The notes below the pieces were generated by a model, which saw nothing but the letters and a program-made list of their open reading frames with translations, ran no database searches and had not been told where the DNA came from. Source: a virus (lineage: Duplodnaviria; Caudoviricetes). From it: a stretch of 46,654 nucleotides of DNA. The DNA lies in IMG/VR virus record IMGVR_UViG_3300049144_000035, positions 1-46,654 of that record, one strand, 5' to 3'. The position numbers and the translations under genes are program-made. Each line of letters starts with the position of its first letter. Within the stretch, counting starts at the first letter, position 1. Shown here in pieces: positions 41,661-46,654 of this stretch.

Positions 41661-43664
41661 CTAGGCCAAAGCGGTCAGAGCTTCAAGCTTGTAGCCGCGC
41701 GGGTTCTTCAACCCGTCGATGTCCCCGATCGGCACCGGGGCGCCGACGCCGGCCTCCCGGAGGAGCTTCCGCAGTTCGGCTGCCGTGAGGTCGCCGTAGA
41801 GCTCCGGATTGAGATCGGCGAGCGCCTCGGCGAGAGGCTCGGGCCGGATCCGCTCGACGCCATCCGTGGCCATGACCTCGATCGCGTCGACGACGATCTG
41901 CCGGTCGCCGGAGATGAGCTTCTCCCCCGAGCCACCGTCCATGAGGTGCAGCAGACCGGCGGCCTGCAGCGTGTCCCGGTCGAACCACGGCCGGCCCGCA
42001 GCCTTGCGGTCGGCGACCGCCTGCTTGATGCCATCGCGGCTGTGCTCGTTCCACCCGTACAGCAGCGGCCGGTCGAGACCCGGGCCCTGGATGTAGGACT
42101 GGCCGGCGTCGTTCTTGATGTCCTTGTTCTGGGCGGGCACCAGCCGGTCGGGGCGGAAGCCCTTCGCGGCGGCGCCCTGGCCGAAGACGATGCGGATGTC
42201 GTCCCACCGGGACGCGAGCATGATCCGCAGAGTGAACGAGTCGGCGATCGCGTCGCCCATGGCGTCGCTGGTGGCGTCCTGGCCGGCCGCGACTGGGTAG
42301 ATCCCGGACTGCTTGGCCAGGCGCAGGAGTTCGATGAACGACTCCTTGGCCTTGGGGCTGAGGTAGATGAACTCGTCGACGAACGGGAAGATCGCCGGGT
42401 GCTCGCGGGTGGCAATCCACGTGTCGCCCATGTTGAGCCGGTTGCGGACGATGTTGCGGCCCTTGGCCATCTTTACCAGGTTGTCGAGCCACTCCTCGCA
42501 CGCCCGATTGCCGCGGATCGGCGGCACGGCCATGACGCCTTCGAACTCGCGCAGTCCGTCCTTGACGGGGTCGAGGTCGAGGCCAATCGCGTTGTGGCAG
42601 GCGGTGACGACCTCGGCAAGGTCGCGGAGCACGCCGGTGGACTTGGCCGCGCCGGACACGCCGATGACGAGGATTCGCAGCCCTTCGAGGACCAGGTCGA
42701 GCGTCGAGCCGTCCATGCAGCGGCCGAAGTTGTGCGCATCGGCGATGTCGAGGCTGTTCGGGGCGTGCACGGTGGGCTTGGGCATGTCGTCGAACGGGTT
42801 GCCGGTGACGAGCCGCAGCACGATGTGCGCGGACTCGGCCGGGTCCGGGTCGATGAGCGTGCCGCCCTGCTTGATGTTGAAGTGCGCATCCAGCTGCTCG
42901 CACACGGCGTTGACCTTGCCGGGCGTGGAGCCCTTGAGGACGACGTCGATCTCCCAGAACTTGCCGCGGAAGCCGAGCGCCCGCACCGCGCGGGTGCCGA
43001 TGCCCTCCCATGCGAGCGCCCGGGACACGCACTCCTCAACCTGTCCCGGGGACTGGCACACGGCGAGAGGGAACGGCTCGTCGCTGTTGGGGTCGTCGTG
43101 CTCGGCGATGAACTGCTCAGGCGCGAGGCCCGGGTTGTTGATCCGGTAGCGGCCGTACAGGGTGATGGCCGCGGCGGCGACAGCCGCGGTGAGGCTGGGC
43201 GGGATCTTCCACGACCAGTCGGCGGCGGTCATGCCCGCGAACTTCACGAGCGCCCACCATCCGGCCAGGTTCAGACCGGCGGTGAGGCCGGCCGCCCAGC
43301 CGAGGAACTTCCACCGCTTCTTGCGGACGATGTCGACCTTGTTCCAGTCGCCCGACTTCGACATGCCACCGATGACCTCTTGGAGGTCGTGGGCGCGGAC
43401 GTACCGCCAGCCTAGGACGCTGGTAGCCCGGACGCCGGTGAAGAACCAGCGGGCAGTGAGCCCGCACGCCCGTCCCGTCTTGGCGGCCACGACCATCGCG
43501 GCCGAGCCGGTCGTCGACAGGACGGCAGGGCGCGCCTCGTAGGGGACGACGATGCCGGGCGCGATGTCCTCGCCAGACAGGTCGTCGGGCACGTGCAGCT
43601 CGCCGGGGATGACCTTCGACAGGTCCCAGTCGTTAGGGAACTCGGGGTGCTGGTCGAGGCTCAT
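41661..43664 (-). CDS. traB: TraB-like FtsK/SpoIIIE conjugative DNA translocase
   Basis: N-terminal TM segments, Walker A GVSGAAKST, Walker B PFVDEF, C-terminal wHTH-like domain ending NPRGYK. Confidence 0.85.
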   Translation of the reverse strand: MSLDQHPEFPNDWDLSKVIPGELHVPDDLSGEDIAPGIVVPYEARPAVLSTTGSAAMVVAAKTGRACGLTARWFFTGVRATSVLGWRYVRAHDLQEVIGGMSKSGDWNKVDIVRKKRWKFLGWAAGLTAGLNLAGWWALVKFAGMTAADWSWKIPPSLTAAVAAAAITLYGRYRINNPGLAPEQFIAEHDDPNSDEPFPLAVCQSPGQVEECVSRALAWEGIGTRAVRALGFRGKFWEIDVVLKGSTPGKVNAVCEQLDAHFNIKQGGTLIDPDPAESAHIVLRLVTGNPFDDMPKPTVHAPNSLDIADAHNFGRCMDGSTLDLVLEGLRILVIGVSGAAKSTGVLRDLAEVVTACHNAIGLDLDPVKDGLREFEGVMAVPPIRGNRACEEWLDNLVKMAKGRNIVRNRLNMGDTWIATREHPAIFPFVDEFIYLSPKAKESFIELLRLAKQSGIYPVAAGQDATSDAMGDAIADSFTLRIMLASRWDDIRIVFGQGAAAKGFRPDRLVPAQNKDIKNDAGQSYIQGPGLDRPLLYGWNEHSRDGIKQAVADRKAAGRPWFDRDTLQAAGLLHLMDGGSGEKLISGDRQIVVDAIEVMATDGVERIRPEPLAEALADLNPELYGDLTAAELRKLLREAGVGAPVPIGDIDGLKNPRGYKLEALTALA

Positions 43665-44929
43665 GACGCGTCCTTCTTGGCGGCGGCCTTACGAGCGGCG
43701 ATGGACGCCTGGCGGTTCGCGCCAGGCGCGTACTTCACGTCGCCCTTGGTACGCCTTCCGGGGCGCGCAGGCGGGTTGTAGACGCGGGGCTTCTTGGAGC
43801 CGAGCACTTGCGATGCGACCTGCTGCGATGATCCGTTCACGGAGCGCTTCTCGCGGGCTGCGGAGACCCGCATCTCGGCGGAGTTGCGCATGCGGATGAC
43901 GTCCGCGGACTCGGCCGGATCGGCGCCCTCGACGTCACGGTGTGCGCGCTTCCACACGGCCTCAGTGACAGTGGTCTCGCCGAGCGCGGCAGCGATCTTC
44001 AGAGCGTGCTCCCACACCTTCGGGAACTTCTCCTCGCGGGCCTTCGCGAGCTTCTCGGCAGCCTCGGCGGCAGCCTTCTCCGCGGCCTCCTTCTCTGCGG
44101 CCTTCCGCTTCTCCTCAGCCGCCTTCTGCGCGGCCTCCGCGCGCTCCGCCTTCTCCTGCGCCTTGCGCTCCCTGCGGGTCAGCACGCCGTCCCGCTTACG
44201 GATGCGACCGTGCTCGTGGAGGTCCCATACGCCGGGCCCGGCGATCGACGCGAATGCGGTACCGATCGCTGTCGCCGCGTCGAATGCGTGGAGACCGTGC
44301 CACAAGTTGATGGCGGCGGCGATGAACGCGAGCAGCCACGCGATGAGCCGGTAGTGCCAGTGCGGCCGATTGGAAGCGACCGCCGCCGCGGCGCCCTTGA
44401 GGACGACCCAGGCGCCGCCTTCGAGCATCAGCGGAGCGGCCATCAGCCACAGCGCCTTCGGGTTGTAGAAGGCGGCGATCTGCACCGGCAACGCGACGAT
44501 GGCGCACACGATGTAGAAGCGCAGTGCGTAGCTGCGCCACCGGTCCTCGGCGCCGGCCACTTCGTCGGCCTGCTGCTGCTCCTGGCGGCGGCGAGCCTCA
44601 TCGGCTTCCCGGGCCTGACGGGTGGCGCGTTCGGTGGCTTCCTGCTTGGCCTTCGCCTCGGCGGTCTTCGCGCGCTGCTCGGCCTTCTCGCGCTCGAAGC
44701 GCACAGCGGCCCGCTCGTTGGCCAGGGCCTGCTTCTCGTTCTCCAGCCTCAGCTGCTCGGCCTGCTGCGCCTTGAGGGCCTTCTCGCCCTCGGCCGCAGT
44801 GAGCAACGCCTGCCGTTCGGCGGCGGCGCGGGCACGGATCGCCTCCGCCTCGGCCACACGCACAGGATCAACGCGCGGCTCGGAGGCAACGGGCGTCCCG
44901 TTCACCTGCTCGACGGATGTGGCGGTCAC
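43661..44929 (-). CDS. Spd-like (spread) membrane protein with flanking coiled coils
   Basis: Coiled coil, about 4 TM (APLMLEGGAW; AAAINLWHG), coiled coil; ATGA-coupled to traB. Confidence 0.7.
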   Translation of the reverse strand: MTATSVEQVNGTPVASEPRVDPVRVAEAEAIRARAAAERQALLTAAEGEKALKAQQAEQLRLENEKQALANERAAVRFEREKAEQRAKTAEAKAKQEATERATRQAREADEARRRQEQQQADEVAGAEDRWRSYALRFYIVCAIVALPVQIAAFYNPKALWLMAAPLMLEGGAWVVLKGAAAAVASNRPHWHYRLIAWLLAFIAAAINLWHGLHAFDAATAIGTAFASIAGPGVWDLHEHGRIRKRDGVLTRRERKAQEKAERAEAAQKAAEEKRKAAEKEAAEKAAAEAAEKLAKAREEKFPKVWEHALKIAAALGETTVTEAVWKRAHRDVEGADPAESADVIRMRNSAEMRVSAAREKRSVNGSSQQVASQVLGSKKPRVYNPPARPGRRTKGDVKYAPGANRQASIAARKAAAKKDAS

Positions 44930-44952
44930 GGTGGATCAGTCCTCTCGTGGTG

Positions 44953-45549
44953 TCAGACGGTGGTCTGGGCGGCGAACAGGTCGTCCAACAGCGGCCAGAG
45001 CCGGTCGTTGCGGCCGACCTCGGGGTCGATGAGGCACACCTGCCAGGCATCGGTGATGGCGGCGGACGCCTGCCGGCTGATGCCGCGCCAGATCTGGCGG
45101 AGGATCCGGGGCGGCATGTACTCGCCGAACCGGGTGTACGGCTGGCCGCCTCGGATGGTGACCGTGGCGCCCTGCCCAACCGGCAGCAGCCGCGGGTGCG
45201 AGATGAGGGCGACCAGGCCGGCCGCCTCACCAGCTCGACGGATCCGGGTGAGCAACTGCTCGTCGGCGACCAGGCCGGTGACGGCGGCGCGCTGCTGCCA
45301 GCGAAGCCCGTCGAAGCCGGGCCCGTCGAAGCCGGGCTGCGACGCGTCGGTGAGAAACCCGGCGCGGTTCGCCGCGGCGAGGGTCGGGATCATCAGGGTG
45401 GTCTCCTCGTCGGCGCCGTCGTCGTAGCCGGGCCACATCGACAGCTCGCCCTCCAGCCACAGCGCCATCAGGTCGGCGAGCTCGGGCAGGGTCTGGGCGG
45501 CTGCCCACCGGCGACGGTCGGCACGCGCTTTCATCCACTGCTTGATCAC
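44953..45549 (-). CDS. DUF6919-like hypothetical protein
   Basis: LMALWLEG, LAAANRAGFLTDASQPG, WQQRAAVTG, IDPEVGRN; GAGGA RBS. Confidence 0.72.
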   Translation of the reverse strand: MIKQWMKARADRRRWAAAQTLPELADLMALWLEGELSMWPGYDDGADEETTLMIPTLAAANRAGFLTDASQPGFDGPGFDGLRWQQRAAVTGLVADEQLLTRIRRAGEAAGLVALISHPRLLPVGQGATVTIRGGQPYTRFGEYMPPRILRQIWRGISRQASAAITDAWQVCLIDPEVGRNDRLWPLLDDLFAAQTTV

Positions 45550-45560
45550 GATCAGTCCTC

Positions 45561-45857
45561 TCAGACGGTGGCGCCGGTGCGCGCCTTGTGGAATTCGCGG
45601 ACGAACTCGTCGGTCAGGCCGGAGCCGACAGCAGCCCCGACCGGGCCGATCCCGGTCACCGAGGCGGCCCACAGCTCCAGCCAGGCGGCCCGGGTGGCGG
45701 TGTAGTTGATGACGGGACGGGTGCAGCGCACGACGAGCACGAGCGCGCCGAGCCCGGCCATCACGGTCAGGGCGAGGACCTTCAGCGCCCACCGGCCCAC
45801 CCAGCGGGCGGCCCGGTTGAGCCGGCCAGGCTTCGCGGTGATCAGATACGGGCGCAT
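45561..45857 (-). CDS. Small membrane protein
   Basis: GAGAGG RBS; one hydrophobic segment. Confidence 0.65.
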   Translation of the reverse strand: MRPYLITAKPGRLNRAARWVGRWALKVLALTVMAGLGALVLVVRCTRPVINYTATRAAWLELWAASVTGIGPVGAAVGSGLTDEFVREFHKARTGATV

Positions 45858-45936
45858 GACGGCCTCTCCGGATAGGGGCGGAACGCTGAGCGGTTCCCCT
45901 CACCGCCCGTGCGAGACGGGCGGATCGGGCAGCCGG

Positions 45937-46098
45937 TCAGTCGTCCTTGCTGCTCTTCGCAGTGGAGATGTAGGTGTTGCCGCGGTCGTCGGTGACGGTC
46001 TCGCCCGGCTTCACCGTGAAGCTGGACTCGACCTCCAGACCCTGCTCCTGCGGCGTGACGATCTCCCCGTCGCGGAAACCGAAGACGAGGCGGCCCAT
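45937..46098 (-). CDS. 53-aa hypothetical protein (not in the ORF track)
   Basis: MGRLVFGFRDGEIVTPQEQGLEVESSFTVKPGETVTDDRGNTYISTAKSSKDD; TGATG-coupled. Confidence 0.6.
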   Translation of the reverse strand: MGRLVFGFRDGEIVTPQEQGLEVESSFTVKPGETVTDDRGNTYISTAKSSKDD

Positions 46099-46271
46099 CA
46101 GCGGCGGCCCTTACGCAGCTCGGACGCGCGGTCGAGGTTCGCGTCCATCGCCTCGGCGTAGGCCTTGGCCGTCGCCGTGTTGCCGGCCGCCTGCATGCGC
46201 TTCTGCATCGCGCGGCAGTTCGCGGCGCCCTGCTCGTAGTTCTCCGGCTGCTGCTGCTTGTTCTTGGCCAC
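46098..46271 (-). CDS. 57-aa hypothetical protein (not in the ORF track)
   Basis: GAGGA RBS plus GTG; AKNKQQQPENYEQGAANCRAMQKRMQAAGN...KGRR. Confidence 0.65.
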   Translation of the reverse strand: MAKNKQQQPENYEQGAANCRAMQKRMQAAGNTATAKAYAEAMDANLDRASELRKGRR

Positions 46272-46363
46272 GGTGGTCCTCTCGGATCGGTGAATGGAGT
46301 GGTGGTGCGTGCCCCGGCCTGCGGTTGAGGCGTCGGCCCGGGATCGGCCTTGCCGGGGCTGGA

Positions 46364-46397
46364 CGCCGGGCGCGGCAGGGGGTGACCGCGCCCGGCG
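46364..46397. repeat. Intergenic hairpin in the tra leader operon
   Basis: CGCCGGGCGCGG / CCGCGCCCGGCG 12-bp stem; further stems at 46311-46359 and 45903-45923. Confidence 0.6.
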
Positions 46398-46407
46398 GAT
46401 CAGGGGG

Positions 46408-46608
46408 TCAGGCCACGTCGCCGAGGGCGGCGCCGTGCAACTCGTCGACGAGGGACTCGCCCGGGTTGGCCTTGTCGTAGCGGGCCGCCTCAGCGAGCAG
46501 CGCCATCTGGGTGAAGGAGTCGGAGGCGGCCAGGTAGCGGCGGATCAGGTCGGTGCGGTATTCGGCGTCCGACGAGGGGGCAGACGTGATCAGGGTGAGC
46601 GTGGGCAT
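46408..46608 (-). CDS. Small hypothetical protein
   Basis: GAGGA RBS; 66 aa. Confidence 0.65.
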   Translation of the reverse strand: MPTLTLITSAPSSDAEYRTDLIRRYLAASDSFTQMALLAEAARYDKANPGESLVDELHGAALGDVA

Positions 46609-46654
46609 GACTGTGGTTCCTCACTGGTCAGGTGGGTTGGGAAAGGGGGTGGGG

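Larger units (their letters stand above)
552..46608. mobile_element. Temperate siphovirus-like prophage or phage-plasmid carrying a conjugative (TraB/Spd/clt) module; ends not visible in the window
   Basis: Colinear head-tail-lysis genes on the minus strand, an adjacent FtsK/TraB operon, a tyrosine recombinase and accessory genes; no housekeeping genes recognised. Confidence 0.9.

Overview
High-GC actinobacterial DNA (codon usage and gene families point to Streptomyces) that lies almost entirely within one temperate mobile element. The minus strand carries a complete siphovirus morphogenesis module: terminase small and large subunits, portal, MuF-like protein, scaffold, major capsid, head-tail genes, tail tube, frameshifted tail chaperones, tape measure and tail-tip genes (about 18570-38568), and a lysis cassette followed by a polysaccharide-deacetylase-bearing protein (about 8369-13481). 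A plus-strand operon of about 4.9 kb (small genes, NDP-sugar epimerase, two glycosyltransferases, NUMOD4-HNH nuclease) is wedged antisense between the tail and lysis genes. At the right end, directly upstream of the terminase genes, is a Streptomyces-plasmid-type conjugation module (TraB/FtsK-like translocase, Spd-like membrane protein, clt-like repeat array), so the element looks like a phage / conjugative-element hybrid. The left end is an accessory region with two GntR regulators, a LexA N-terminal-only protein next to an SOS-like box, a DUF4352-like lipoprotein, Ku without LigD, a Cre-like tyrosine recombinase with a lox-like site, and two HTH genes with clear operators. A 17-bp pseudo-palindrome (ACCTwyGAATCrhAGGT) recurs four times ahead of late genes. 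No rRNA, tRNA, CRISPR array, replication genes or att ends were recognised. All family assignments come from motif recognition by eye, not database searches.
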